Source of the DNA: a virus
Taxonomy: Duplodnaviria; Caudoviricetes
Virus record (IMG/VR): IMGVR_UViG_3300044648_000041
Location: 1-54,533 of that record
Direction: 5' to 3' (one strand)
Length of the DNA stretch: 54,533 nucleotides
The translations under genes were made by a program, and so were the position numbers. The notes below the pieces were generated by a model. The model was not told the DNA's origin. It saw only the letters and a program-made list of their open reading frames with translations, and searched no databases. Positions 27,389 to 36,250 of this stretch are shown one piece after another (the stretch's first letter is position 1; each line of letters begins with the position of its first letter).

Positions 27389-27720
27389 TTCCGCACCAGA
27401 ATGTAAGTAACGTGGACCGCTACCAGCGTCCCGCCCGATAGGTTCACGTTCAATGCTTCGTTCGCTTCCGTCTGAAACCACCCGGTAGAATTCTCGTTCA
27501 ACGCCATGCCGCCGTTGGCAGCGAACGGGAAACCGGCGGATATGGCCGTGGTCCCCGAGCGTAGCGTCATGGTGTTGGCCGCTACCCCCGCCAGTGCTAC
27601 CAGGCTGAGTACCCGTATCTTGATACCGGCGCCGGGTGCGGCGACCAGTACGTTATCGCCGGATGCGGTCGCATTGACGAAAGCCCGCAGTATGTTGTTT
27701 GCTGGTACCGGTGTGGCCAT
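27385..27720 (-). CDS. Small beta-rich structural protein
   Basis: 111 aa, Gly/Ala/Thr-rich; downstream of a promoter. Confidence 0.7.
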   Translation of the reverse strand: MATPVPANNILRAFVNATASGDNVLVAAPGAGIKIRVLSLVALAGVAANTMTLRSGTTAISAGFPFAANGGMALNENSTGWFQTEANEALNVNLSGGTLVAVHVTYILVRN

Positions 27721-27770
27721 TTAGTCGTCCCAAGTGTCCCTGTAATGTGTTCCCGTAAGCTATTCGCGTG

Positions 27771-27799
27771 ATAGTGCCTTGTAACTTGTATAACATCAA
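27771..27799 (-). promoter_or_regulatory. Late-class promoter
   Basis: TTGATG-N17-CACTAT; 20-bp core GTAACTTGTATAACATCAAG identical to 23921..23940. Confidence 0.65.
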
Positions 27800-27812
27800 G
27801 CGATACTTGTAA

Positions 27813-27839
27813 TAAAAAGCCGCCCCTTGTGAGGGCGGC
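27813..27839 (-). terminator. Intrinsic terminator
   Basis: GCCGCCCT-CACA-AGGGGCGGC followed by T5. Confidence 0.8.
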
Positions 27840-27861
27840 GTAGGGTGCTACTGGGTATCTG

Positions 27862-28656
27862 TTAGACGCGTGCCATGCTGGTATGGATGTAGTCCAGGTC
27901 GGCGGTAAAGCTGGATGTGCCGCTGGTGTTACCTACCATGACTGTCGGGGTTAGCAATGTCGCGGCTGTTACGGCGCCGGACATTGAGGTACCGACTTGT
28001 ACACCGTTGCGGTAGAAGGTAGCCGCGCCGGTAGCGGACAACTCGATACGGAAGGTTTCGTACGTGTCGGCTACGGGTGCGTAGCTGGTGGCTTGACGCG
28101 TTGCGTCCACGTCGGCGGCGACCCCGACTAGGTGCCATACGTCGGTAGTCATACGGGTGTCGAACATGAACCCGACCGCATCGCTCGCTGTCGTTGTAAT
28201 GGTGTCTGCGGACGCTGCCGAGACGATAGGGGCTTCCAGTGTGATAACGTCGGTGAAGCCCAGGAAGGCGTACGCGTTGGTAATGCGTGACAGTTTGAAT
28301 CGTGCTTCGAAGCACAGATTACCGTTCGCTGCTTTCCAGTTTAAATACTGCGTGATCTGCGGAAAGTCGGCGGCGGCACCGGTACCCGCGTCGCCTGTAG
28401 TGAAACGTCCTACCCCGCCCAGTCCGCTGGCCAGTACTGCAAAGTCGGATGTTGCCGAGTCGGTACCTTCCACCACGTTGATCTGGTCGGGTATCACGTC
28501 GCCCAGGAAGTCTTCGAACCACGATACGGTCGAGGGTGAGGGCGATGCTACCTGCGAGCCGTGATCCCCCGCTACAACCCCTTTGGGTGCGATTAGACGC
28601 CCCAGGGAATCTAACCCTAACAGCTTGCCGTGCAGTGAAGTCAATATTTTTGCCAT
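27862..28656 (-). CDS. Beta-sandwich (lectin-like) head decoration protein
   Basis: WFEDF, FEARFK, TFYRNG, DYI motifs; AAGGAG RBS. Confidence 0.65.
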   Translation of the reverse strand: MAKILTSLHGKLLGLDSLGRLIAPKGVVAGDHGSQVASPSPSTVSWFEDFLGDVIPDQINVVEGTDSATSDFAVLASGLGGVGRFTTGDAGTGAAADFPQITQYLNWKAANGNLCFEARFKLSRITNAYAFLGFTDVITLEAPIVSAASADTITTTASDAVGFMFDTRMTTDVWHLVGVAADVDATRQATSYAPVADTYETFRIELSATGAATFYRNGVQVGTSMSGAVTAATLLTPTVMVGNTSGTSSFTADLDYIHTSMARV

Positions 28657-28733
28657 GGTGTTGTTCTCCTTTATACGCCGGATTTACGGCATTGCTTGAT
28701 TGCTATGGATTGCCGGTATCCGACCGGCGGCGG

Positions 28734-29969
28734 TTAAATTACGTACTGGCCACCGGCACAGGAATACACTACCCTCCCATCGGTGAACATGGACGCGCCG
28801 TACATTCCCGTGCGCAGTGTATTGATGAGTGCTTCCCGTTCGCGGATAAGGAACGTGCGACCTTCAAACCCCATATCGGCGTGGTCGTACTGGTAGTACA
28901 TGGTGCGGCTTACCCCTTTCGCGGCCATGATTACCATTGCCCGTAACATCAGTTTCCAGGCTTTAGGATCGGACAAGTCCGTAACCTCGTAGCCGTCTCC
29001 TATCGGCGCGCTTTCGGTGTCCCATAACTCCATGCTGGAAACGCCCGCTGTCGTCTTGAGCGTGGCCAGTCGGTCGATGATTGCGGGGTAGTCCTGCACG
29101 CGGTTCACGGAAGGCGGGTAGAAGTGGACGCCGATAATGTCTACCCAATCCTTCATGGTGGTGGAACCGTCGCCTGTTGCCGCACTCAGCATTCCGGTGA
29201 AGTAGGTATCGCTGGTATTGGCTGTCGCCGCCCATCCTTGCACTGGTGGGCAGATTATTTGCGCCGTCGGGTTCACCGCTTTAATCGCCTGGTTCGCGGT
29301 CCGCACCATTTCGGCTAGCTTCGCCCACGTGCCGCTAAAGAAAAAGTCTTTAGTACTTAAACCTGTAGCAGTCGGTCCGGTGCCGTCATTGTTCATATTT
29401 GGCTCGTTCCATACCTCAAAATACTGGATACCCGGGTAGCGCGTGGCTATCGTTGTGCAATAGAAGATCCAATCGTTGATATCCGCGGGTTCGGCTTGCA
29501 AGCCGAGATTCGCCGGACCGTAAATGCCTTCTTCCGTCGGTCGAGCCGAAGCCCACGCAGGAGTAGCGAACAAGGTAAACACCATGTCGCGCCCCGCGGC
29601 CAGGTGGGTTTCGTACCAGTTATCCAGGTCCGCGAAGTCCCACGCGCTAAGTGTTTGGGTATCCGTCGTCTGTATCTTCTGCCAGCGTCCCTTACCGTTT
29701 GCCAAGTCGTGCGAACGTACGGTTTTAAACGTCAGCCCAGTGACGCCGTTGTTCGCGCTGTTCTTGATGTGCATACCGAAGAACTCTTCCGGACAACTGA
29801 AGGCACCGGCATTCAGGACGGTAATCGGGCAATTGGGCATTGCCAGGACGTTGGCCGCGGGATTAACCAGGTCAGCGTCGGTACAGAATGTTGCGCGTGT
29901 CGCGGTTGCAATATGCCCCGCGTAGTGGTGCTGTGGGTAGGTGCCGCCTGGTAGCGTTACGTCGGTCAT
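28734..29969 (-). CDS. Glycoside hydrolase, clan GH-A (GH39/GH5-like)
   Basis: FFGMH, TPAWAS, acid/base EVWNEPN, DIIGVHFY, nucleophile LWDTES; ATG 29969 overlaps the upstream TGA. Confidence 0.85.
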   Translation of the reverse strand: MTDVTLPGGTYPQHHYAGHIATATRATFCTDADLVNPAANVLAMPNCPITVLNAGAFSCPEEFFGMHIKNSANNGVTGLTFKTVRSHDLANGKGRWQKIQTTDTQTLSAWDFADLDNWYETHLAAGRDMVFTLFATPAWASARPTEEGIYGPANLGLQAEPADINDWIFYCTTIATRYPGIQYFEVWNEPNMNNDGTGPTATGLSTKDFFFSGTWAKLAEMVRTANQAIKAVNPTAQIICPPVQGWAATANTSDTYFTGMLSAATGDGSTTMKDWVDIIGVHFYPPSVNRVQDYPAIIDRLATLKTTAGVSSMELWDTESAPIGDGYEVTDLSDPKAWKLMLRAMVIMAAKGVSRTMYYQYDHADMGFEGRTFLIREREALINTLRTGMYGASMFTDGRVVYSCAGGQYVI

Positions 29970-30466
29970 AGACCCGGGTAATGCACCAGAGAGTAACCTT
30001 TGAATGTGATCGTTTCCGTGCCCGCCACCCCGCTCCATTTGCAACGTAGCAGAATCGTTACATCGGATGCGGTATCAATTGCAGCGGCCATGTACGCGTT
30101 AACCGCGTTCGTGCTGGCGGCGTACGAACTGCCGTTGAATATCGTCTGTGTCGATAAGCTGTTCGCGTTCTTTATTTCTATCATCGGGAACAAGGCTTCA
30201 TACGACGAACCCAGTCCGATACTCGATATCAGCGTGCCGCCGAAGTAAACCATCATGGTTTTTGTCAATGCCGAGTTCACGAGGTCGTAGTCCTGCGTCA
30301 GCACCAGGCGGCTGTTTGGACCCATCAACCCGCCAGGTACAACGATGGTGGCCACCGTTTCGTCGGTTGCGTCCGCTGCCGTGTTGAGAGCGGTGCGTAC
30401 CACGCTGGCGTAGGATTGCTTGACCACTTGCGGCGCCCCGTAGCTCCCCATTGTGCGCGCTACCAT
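29966..30466 (-). CDS. Hypothetical structural protein
   Basis: 166 aa, beta-rich, translationally coupled. Confidence 0.65.
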   Translation of the reverse strand: MVARTMGSYGAPQVVKQSYASVVRTALNTAADATDETVATIVVPGGLMGPNSRLVLTQDYDLVNSALTKTMMVYFGGTLISSIGLGSSYEALFPMIEIKNANSLSTQTIFNGSSYAASTNAVNAYMAAAIDTASDVTILLRCKWSGVAGTETITFKGYSLVHYPGL

Positions 30467-30762
30467 CAGTTGCCCGTCCCGGGTGTGGCGTACAGGGTGG
30501 AACCGGCACCGGCGGCGATTGCGGATATCTTGGTGGTGTTGGGGGGCATACTGAAAATGCTTTGCGTGTTTGGTAACAGGGGAGTATCGACCGAAGCGGA
30601 CGCCCCGCCGGTATTCAGTTTGAAGAATACGGTTTGGCTTCCGATGTTTGTAAGCATCACGGCACTGGCACCCGCGGCTATCGTCAAGTCGGCGGCTACA
30701 CCAGTTACAGCGGCGTTGACCGTGCCTTGTGGTATTGGGCGGAAATTGAATAGTGAACTCAT
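30466..30762 (-). CDS. Small structural protein
   Basis: 98 aa; LYATPG.G C-terminus common in phage virion proteins. Confidence 0.65.
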   Translation of the reverse strand: MSSLFNFRPIPQGTVNAAVTGVAADLTIAAGASAVMLTNIGSQTVFFKLNTGGASASVDTPLLPNTQSIFSMPPNTTKISAIAAGAGSTLYATPGTGN

Positions 30763-31019
30763 GCGTGTAGTCCCCCTTCTAGATATTTGCGTATTCCTGT
30801 TTCACAGGCGGCAATAAGCGGCTTCCAGTTAGCAGGTATCGTTCCGTTCTTCATGTGTTCGAATTCTTCCGCCGGGGACAGTTCTGCGTCCGCTAGCAAC
30901 CTACGCCCGTTCGCCCCGGATATTTCTAACATCCTATCCATGTCAAAGAACCAGGGTTGCCCATCAACTAGTGCCCCTACAGTCCTGTTTCTATGAAGGT
31001 GGACCATTTCTACTTTCAC
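30759..31019 (-). CDS. Hypothetical protein
   Basis: 86 aa, ATGA-coupled. Confidence 0.6.
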   Translation of the reverse strand: MKVEMVHLHRNRTVGALVDGQPWFFDMDRMLEISGANGRRLLADAELSPAEEFEHMKNGTIPANWKPLIAACETGIRKYLEGGLHA

Positions 31020-31678
31020 GTTTGCCCCTTTTGCATTGCTGATGTGAGCATGAACGCGATACGCCGCGCGGCTTCCTGGTCGGACATTTCTACTTCCTTT
31101 TCCGGGGCGTCCGCTTCGCCGTTCGCGTTGTCGGCTAGCCCGACATTCTGCCGTTCCAGGCCGATAAGCGTCTTACTGGTTTCTACCAGGTTGCGGAATG
31201 CTGCTATCCGACCGGGCGAACTCATCGCTTTGTTGTAAATGATCTTCAGCTTCTCTTGCGCTTTGCTGTCGTCCGCGGCGTCCATAATCTCGCCCAGTTG
31301 CTCGTACCTTTCCAGGTTTTCGGTTTGGTGTACGAGTTCGTCGGTCAAGCGGTCGGCTAGCGTTGTGAGTTTTTCGATTCGTTCCCCTTGACGGCGGACG
31401 ACTCCGGTTTGTTTGTTCGCGTAAGCGTCCACCAGGGCGTCTTCACTAACTTGCTTACCTTTGCTTACTTCTTCGCTAACCACGGAAGCCCGTAGCTTCT
31501 CTTCGGTCGCTGCTTTGACCCGGGCGCCGAGGTCGCGGGTCCATCCGTCGCGCTTGGCTCGTTTGATGATTGCGGCGTCAGTCAAGCCGAACTGCAAACC
31601 GATAGTACGCAGCGACCGGATACCGGCACGGTATTCAAGTTCGATTGCGGCCCAGTCGTGTTCGCGTTTTTCTGCCAT
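31016..31678 (-). CDS. terS: Terminase small subunit-like HTH protein
   Basis: DWAAIELEYRAG..SLR..AIIKRAKRDGWTRDL N-terminal HTH; LERQNVGL. Confidence 0.75.
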   Translation of the reverse strand: MAEKREHDWAAIELEYRAGIRSLRTIGLQFGLTDAAIIKRAKRDGWTRDLGARVKAATEEKLRASVVSEEVSKGKQVSEDALVDAYANKQTGVVRRQGERIEKLTTLADRLTDELVHQTENLERYEQLGEIMDAADDSKAQEKLKIIYNKAMSSPGRIAAFRNLVETSKTLIGLERQNVGLADNANGEADAPEKEVEMSDQEAARRIAFMLTSAMQKGQT

Positions 31679-31709
31679 GTCTTGTCACCGTTCATTGTTC
31701 TAGTACGCG

Positions 31710-31738
31710 ATACTGCAATAGCTACCGCGAAACATCAA
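31710..31738 (-). promoter_or_regulatory. Late-class promoter for terS
   Basis: TTGATG-N17-CAGTAT. Confidence 0.55.
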
Positions 31739-32034
31739 GCGGATTCAGTAAGGTACTTCAACACCGTTGCATGTAGCTCCGGTCTACCAGCTTGCAGCAA
31801 ATACCAGTCCCGCGCGTTGTTCGCCTTCTTACCATCCCAACCGAACCAGTAATTGGCTTTGACTGTAACCGGGTTACGGGCAACCAGTTTGAAATTTTCC
31901 CATCCGTCCTTTACCTCGTCTTTGCAGTACAGGTACCAGATTTTTCCGTCACTGTTGAACACGTCCACGCACCCCCATCCTGTTCCGGGTTCGTTACCGG
32001 AGTATGTCCGCGTCCGCTCTGTTTTTTGTTCCAT
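31735..32034 (-). CDS. Hypothetical protein
   Basis: 99 aa, GAGGA RBS. Confidence 0.6.
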   Translation of the reverse strand: MEQKTERTRTYSGNEPGTGWGCVDVFNSDGKIWYLYCKDEVKDGWENFKLVARNPVTVKANYWFGWDGKKANNARDWYLLQAGRPELHATVLKYLTESA

Positions 32035-32049
32035 GTCATGTCCTCGTTT

Positions 32050-32262
32050 TGGTGTATTAAAAACTTCGCAACTAGGGTGTATTAAAGTATTAACCCCTTT
32101 CCTGATAAAGGGGGTAAATACGTTAATACAATTTCCCTAGTTTTGTCCGCTGTATTAACTATCTTAATTAATATTTTTAATACTTTTAATACAGTATTAA
32201 ACTTGTCTTAATTAATACTTTTAATACACTTGAAACTTGTAATTACAAGTGTAACTTGTAGC
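32050..32262. repeat. Putative replication origin: AT-rich with GTATTAA/TTAATAC iterons
   Basis: About ten GTATTAA copies in both orientations, inverted repeats, immediately downstream of the primase-helicase. Confidence 0.7.
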
Positions 32263-32266
32263 CTTT

Positions 32267-34276
32267 CTAGTCTTCCGTCACCGAAACGAACCCGTTTTCC
32301 ACTGTCAAGACGCCCTTATCCACCATCCTATCCAGGCAATTTCGAACGTTTACCTTTCTTTGCGCGGTACGAGTTGTCGATTCCGGGGACCGTTCAACAG
32401 CTTCATTTACGAGTGTGTCTACCATAGGCCATTCCCCGTCACGTTCGAAAAGGAACTCCACTGTATCTAAAATGATGCGTTCGTTGTCCCCCATGCGGCG
32501 TCTTTTATCCTGGTTAGCACCTCCGCTTACCACGCTAACTTCCGCCTCTTCCACCACGCAACTAGTCACGGCGTCCCCGTCTTCGTCCACTCCAACGGGT
32601 ACCGAAACCAGTTTAAACCCGAACGCCGGACTGTCGTCGCCGTCCTTCAATTTTGTAATAGTGGCCACGCGACTGTCGCCGTCCCGCACTACTTCCAGTT
32701 CGCAATCCGCCGCCGCGCGTAATCCGGACCACCCACGGGCACCCTTGGCGGCGTCCTTGCCGCTGTGGTGGACCAGTACCACCATGGCGCCGGTAGCCTT
32801 GCTCAGTGCCCTACAATGGCTCAGTGCCTTACCCATGTCTTCACCGCTGTTCTCGTTCGCACCAGGCGTCACCTGTGCCCACGTGTCCACTACTACGATG
32901 GAACAGGTACCGAAAGCCTGTACCGCGGCTATCACATCCCGTACGTCTTTCTTGTCCAGGAAGTTGGGCGCCGCCGGGATAATGCCCAGGCTGTCTTCCG
33001 GTATGTCATGGCGGGTAGCGTAGGCTTTAATCCGGTTCCGGAAGCCGCCCGAGCCTTCAGCCACTATATAGACTACCCGGGCTTGCTTTACCCGTCTGGT
33101 ACGCCACGGTTCACCCCGGGCGACCGCACACACCATGTCGAAGGTGAAGAACGACTTACCGCTACCGCTGGCACCGTAGAACACCGCCAAGTCCGCAACA
33201 GGAAGCACGCCCTTGATGAACCAACCGGGGGACGCAACAGAATGGAACTCTGAGGGCTTGAGTACCGCAAACCGTTGCGGGTTGGGCACGTCGACCACTT
33301 CGGGAACATTGCTAATGTCATCAAAGTCGTCCGCGGTCGGTACGTCCACCCACCCGGCGTCCGTAGCCATTTTGTACAAGGTTCCACCCGTAACAGGGGC
33401 GGCGCTAGACTGACCGAAGGTGTCCCACTTTTCCCCTAGTTCTTCAAAGCCGGGATAATCCAGTCCTTGCGAACTCCACGAGTCCCACAATAATAGACCG
33501 TCGCTACTGCCTTCCGTCTCGTGGTGGATAGCTTGCCCTACCTTCACCCAGTCGGTGTATGGCATGTTCGGGTAAAGCGCATTCACCGCCGAGGTTAAAC
33601 GAGTATCTAACCCTTGTGGCGCCGCACGTTCCACCGGCGCGGGCTTCTCAACAACCGGCACCGGTGCGGATACCGGCCACTGTACAGGGTAATCCCGGGG
33701 CATGCGCTGGTAGTCGGCCATGGGTTCAAGCGGTACGGACTCCCCGCTATAAGGAAGAATGAACATGTTCCCGAACCCGTCCACGGGTACGCTGTCCTGT
33801 TTGGGGAAAATCTCCACCTGGTTATTGGCTACCCCGCCCGCGCCGTCGGTCGTACCGAAGGTGGATAGGACCGCTTTAAAGAACATGCGGACGCTGTAGG
33901 CGTCTTGCGGGGTGTCCCATATAAAGTACAAGTGTATCCCCTTGCCACCGGACGAAGAAAAGGGGATAGCTTCTACCCCGTACACCCCCGCGTCTTGTAG
34001 GATATCGTCGGCAAGGCGCACCATATCCGCCCACGAGGTTTCGCCCTTGTGGCTATCCAGGTCCAGAACAGCAACCCGGGTAGTGGATTCCCCCGCCTTG
34101 ATGGGGCACACGCCTTTCGGAATGGTCCCTTGCATATGGGTAGTTAGCTCCCACTCCCCGAGCGGTTCCCGGACCATGTACGGACCCTTCTTACTCTTCT
34201 TCCAGTGAACGTCAGTACGCACACGGCTTACAAGTGGACGCAAAAGGTCCACTGATAATACTTTTTCTTCGATCAT
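32267..34276 (-). CDS. Primase-helicase (AEP primase + PriCT-2 + AAA_25/RecA-like)
   Basis: LDLD, SSGGKGIH, EIFPKQ; YTDWVKVGQAIH; Walker A GASGSGKS, VVVDT, VHHSGKD..RGWS. Confidence 0.92.
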   Translation of the reverse strand: MIEEKVLSVDLLRPLVSRVRTDVHWKKSKKGPYMVREPLGEWELTTHMQGTIPKGVCPIKAGESTTRVAVLDLDSHKGETSWADMVRLADDILQDAGVYGVEAIPFSSSGGKGIHLYFIWDTPQDAYSVRMFFKAVLSTFGTTDGAGGVANNQVEIFPKQDSVPVDGFGNMFILPYSGESVPLEPMADYQRMPRDYPVQWPVSAPVPVVEKPAPVERAAPQGLDTRLTSAVNALYPNMPYTDWVKVGQAIHHETEGSSDGLLLWDSWSSQGLDYPGFEELGEKWDTFGQSSAAPVTGGTLYKMATDAGWVDVPTADDFDDISNVPEVVDVPNPQRFAVLKPSEFHSVASPGWFIKGVLPVADLAVFYGASGSGKSFFTFDMVCAVARGEPWRTRRVKQARVVYIVAEGSGGFRNRIKAYATRHDIPEDSLGIIPAAPNFLDKKDVRDVIAAVQAFGTCSIVVVDTWAQVTPGANENSGEDMGKALSHCRALSKATGAMVVLVHHSGKDAAKGARGWSGLRAAADCELEVVRDGDSRVATITKLKDGDDSPAFGFKLVSVPVGVDEDGDAVTSCVVEEAEVSVVSGGANQDKRRRMGDNERIILDTVEFLFERDGEWPMVDTLVNEAVERSPESTTRTAQRKVNVRNCLDRMVDKGVLTVENGFVSVTED

Positions 34277-35232
34277 GGGCGCGTCCCTAAGTAGGCTTTG
34301 ATGAATTCTTCAGCTTGCGGAGCAACGATAGCGTTTCCGTAGGCGCGCAGTCGTCCCACTCTTGCGGTAGCCCCATGAGCCAGCGGGAATGAGCCGGGTT
34401 CAACTGGCCGGTATTTTTCGTCCCGGCAGTAGAGCCAGTCGGCGGCGGACCAGAATCCACGAGTTGCGCTTCGCCCCATAGCTTCAGGTATTTCTTCCCG
34501 TTGGTTATCCCGTATCGCCCCATCGTTTCCGTCGCTTTCGGTGTCTGCCAACCCACCAGCGACGCGCACCCCGGTAGCCGGTCCGCCCCTTGCCCCGGTC
34601 CGCCCTTCGGTCCGTCTTGACTGCAAGGTGTCGGCCATCCCGCCAGTTGCGCTGTCACGTCCAGCGTGTCCGTGCTTATTTTTCCGTTCCTGATCCGACC
34701 CCCGATGTAACCCCCCTTGTGATCCCTCGTCGACGGAGTCGGCCACCCAATACATGCGGTGTCGTTGATGGGGCGCCCCGAAGCCCGCAGCAGGGGCAAC
34801 GACCGCCCCGACGGTGTAACCTGTTCCTTCCAAGTCAGCTTGAACAAGGTCGAGCCAAGTGTATCCGTCCTTGCTCGCAACCTGTTCGCCAAAGACTGCG
34901 ATAGGGCGGCGCTGTTCGATGAGGTAATGGAATGCTGGCCATAGGTGCCGCTCGTCAGCGAATCCGTCACCTTTGCCAGCCACGCTGAATGGTTGACATG
35001 GGCAGGATCCGGTCCACACTTCGCCGGTGCCCCATCCGGCGCGGTTGAGGGCGTAATCCCATACACCAATTCCGGCGAAGAAGTGGCAGCGGTCGTATCC
35101 GATAAGGTCTGCGGGTGTAACATCTTCAATGCTCCTTGTATCAACATCGCCCGGGGTTATGTGCCCGGCGGCAATCAGGTTGCGCAACCATTGCGCGGCG
35201 TATTCGTCAATCTCGTTGTAGTAGGCTCGCAC
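34273..35232 (-). CDS. C5-cytosine DNA methyltransferase, alpha-type polypeptide (lacks motif IX)
   Basis: Motif I FFAGIG, IV GSCPCQPFS, VI GEQV, VIII HQRHR, X RLRAYGNAIV; GTG 35232 with GGGGAG RBS. Confidence 0.9.
   Translation of the reverse strand: MRAYYNEIDEYAAQWLRNLIAAGHITPGDVDTRSIEDVTPADLIGYDRCHFFAGIGVWDYALNRAGWGTGEVWTGSCPCQPFSVAGKGDGFADERHLWPAFHYLIEQRRPIAVFGEQVASKDGYTWLDLVQADLEGTGYTVGAVVAPAAGFGAPHQRHRMYWVADSVDEGSQGGLHRGSDQERKNKHGHAGRDSATGGMADTLQSRRTEGRTGARGGPATGVRVAGGLADTESDGNDGAIRDNQREEIPEAMGRSATRGFWSAADWLYCRDEKYRPVEPGSFPLAHGATARVGRLRAYGNAIVAPQAEEFIKAYLGTRP
34287..35147 (-). CDS. Overlapping beta-type MTase polypeptide in an alternative frame (supplies motif IX); true start uncertain
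   Basis: Frame open for 286 codons inside alpha; three GW(P/Q)TP repeats; ends QLNPAHSRWLMGLPQEWD. Confidence 0.75.
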   Translation of the reverse strand: MLIQGALKMLHPQTLSDTTAATSSPELVYGITPSTAPDGAPAKCGPDPAHVNHSAWLAKVTDSLTSGTYGQHSITSSNSAALSQSLANRLRARTDTLGSTLFKLTWKEQVTPSGRSLPLLRASGRPINDTACIGWPTPSTRDHKGGYIGGRIRNGKISTDTLDVTAQLAGWPTPCSQDGPKGGPGQGADRLPGCASLVGWQTPKATETMGRYGITNGKKYLKLWGEAQLVDSGPPPTGSTAGTKNTGQLNPAHSRWLMGLPQEWDDCAPTETLSLLRKLKNSSKPT

Positions 35233-35414
35233 TACTCCCCCTTCTTTTGTTCGTGCTGGCGGTAGAGTTTCCCGTCGTTGTACCCGTTGTGGTAGGCATT
35301 CGCCCGTTCCGCCCGCATACACGTAACACACTGTTTCACATAGGCGATAGGCGAAACCGGCGTCACTTGTTCGAATTCCAATGGCTCTTGGCACGTGTTA
35401 CAGTAGAGTTTCAT
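35232..35414 (-). CDS. Small zinc-ribbon protein (60 aa)
   Basis: CNTC..CVTC; coupled at both ends. Confidence 0.65.
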   Translation of the reverse strand: MKLYCNTCQEPLEFEQVTPVSPIAYVKQCVTCMRAERANAYHNGYNDGKLYRQHEQKKGE

Positions 35415-35656
35415 TTTGAGTTCTCCGGTACCGCTGCCAAGTCGCGCACCTTCAGAACCGGCAAACGCCCACCCGCAGCCACCCATAGTTCCACGGTCGC
35501 GTCTGAGATAGCTAAAGCCAAACGAACCTTTGGATTCTCCCGAACCCCATACCCAAGCAACCGCAAATACCCAACAGAAGTACCCGCGCGCCGGGCAAGT
35601 TCTTCCTTCTCTTCCTTCGTGGCTAGCTTCAACCATTCACCTAGTTTAGTTACCAT
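35411..35656 (-). CDS. Cro-like HTH regulator
   Basis: EELARRAGTSVGYL..G..NP..LAL HTH; first gene of the leftward block; GGAGG RBS. Confidence 0.8.
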   Translation of the reverse strand: MVTKLGEWLKLATKEEKEELARRAGTSVGYLRLLGYGVRENPKVRLALAISDATVELWVAAGGRLPVLKVRDLAAVPENSK

Positions 35657-35682
35657 ACCGTTACCTCCCCCAAAAAAGTGAA

Positions 35683-35763
35683 AGCATACGGTAACAAAAG
35701 AAAATATCAAGTGATAAATCTTCTCACAGGACTATTGACAGTACCTATATCCGGTGATACATT
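35683..35763. promoter_or_regulatory. Divergent promoter pair with two TATC-N3-TGATA operators
   Basis: Left TTGATA-N16-TATGCT; right TTGACA-N17-TACATT; operators at 35705-35716 and 35748-35759. Confidence 0.75.
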
Positions 35764-35812
35764 GGGAACCGTCGCGGTACCCCTTCAATAACCACTTACA
35801 GGAAATAGCGAA

Positions 35813-35953
35813 ATGGAACTGACAAAAATAAAACTAATGGTTGAGTTACATTGTTGTGGACACATTACGTCGTGGGCGGTCCAGCAACTCCTGGAAGAGA
35901 AGGAACTAGCGGTATACAGAAAGATGCTGAACGAAAGGCTTCACGGGAAGTAG
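35813..35953 (+). CDS. Small early protein (46 aa)
   Basis: AGGA RBS; first ORF after the rightward promoter. Confidence 0.5.
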   Translation: MELTKIKLMVELHCCGHITSWAVQQLLEEKELAVYRKMLNERLHGK

Positions 35954-35995
35954 TCCCGTGCCCCCGGTTGACGGATTATGGAAGGAGAAAACCAA

Positions 35996-36232
35996 ATGCT
36001 AAATTGCAGAAAAGGGGACCGGGCCATGATACTGGCGGGTCCGTACATGGGGTTCATCGTCCGAGTAGGCGTGTTCGTGGGCGATAACGAAGGAGTAGAA
36101 TACGTGGGCGGCGGTGCCGGGACGTTCCGGGACATGTGGGCGATACACGATAAGGTTCTGGAATTAGAGAACCCCGGCTGCAATCTCATGGCACCGGACG
36201 ACCATTTACAACCCATTCGCGGTAATCATTAA
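35996..36232 (+). CDS. Hypothetical early protein
   Basis: GGAG RBS; LNCRKGD..PDDHLQPIR phage-type motif. Confidence 0.65.
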   Translation: MLNCRKGDRAMILAGPYMGFIVRVGVFVGDNEGVEYVGGGAGTFRDMWAIHDKVLELENPGCNLMAPDDHLQPIRGNH

Positions 36233-36250
36233 CAGGAAGGAGAAACGGGC

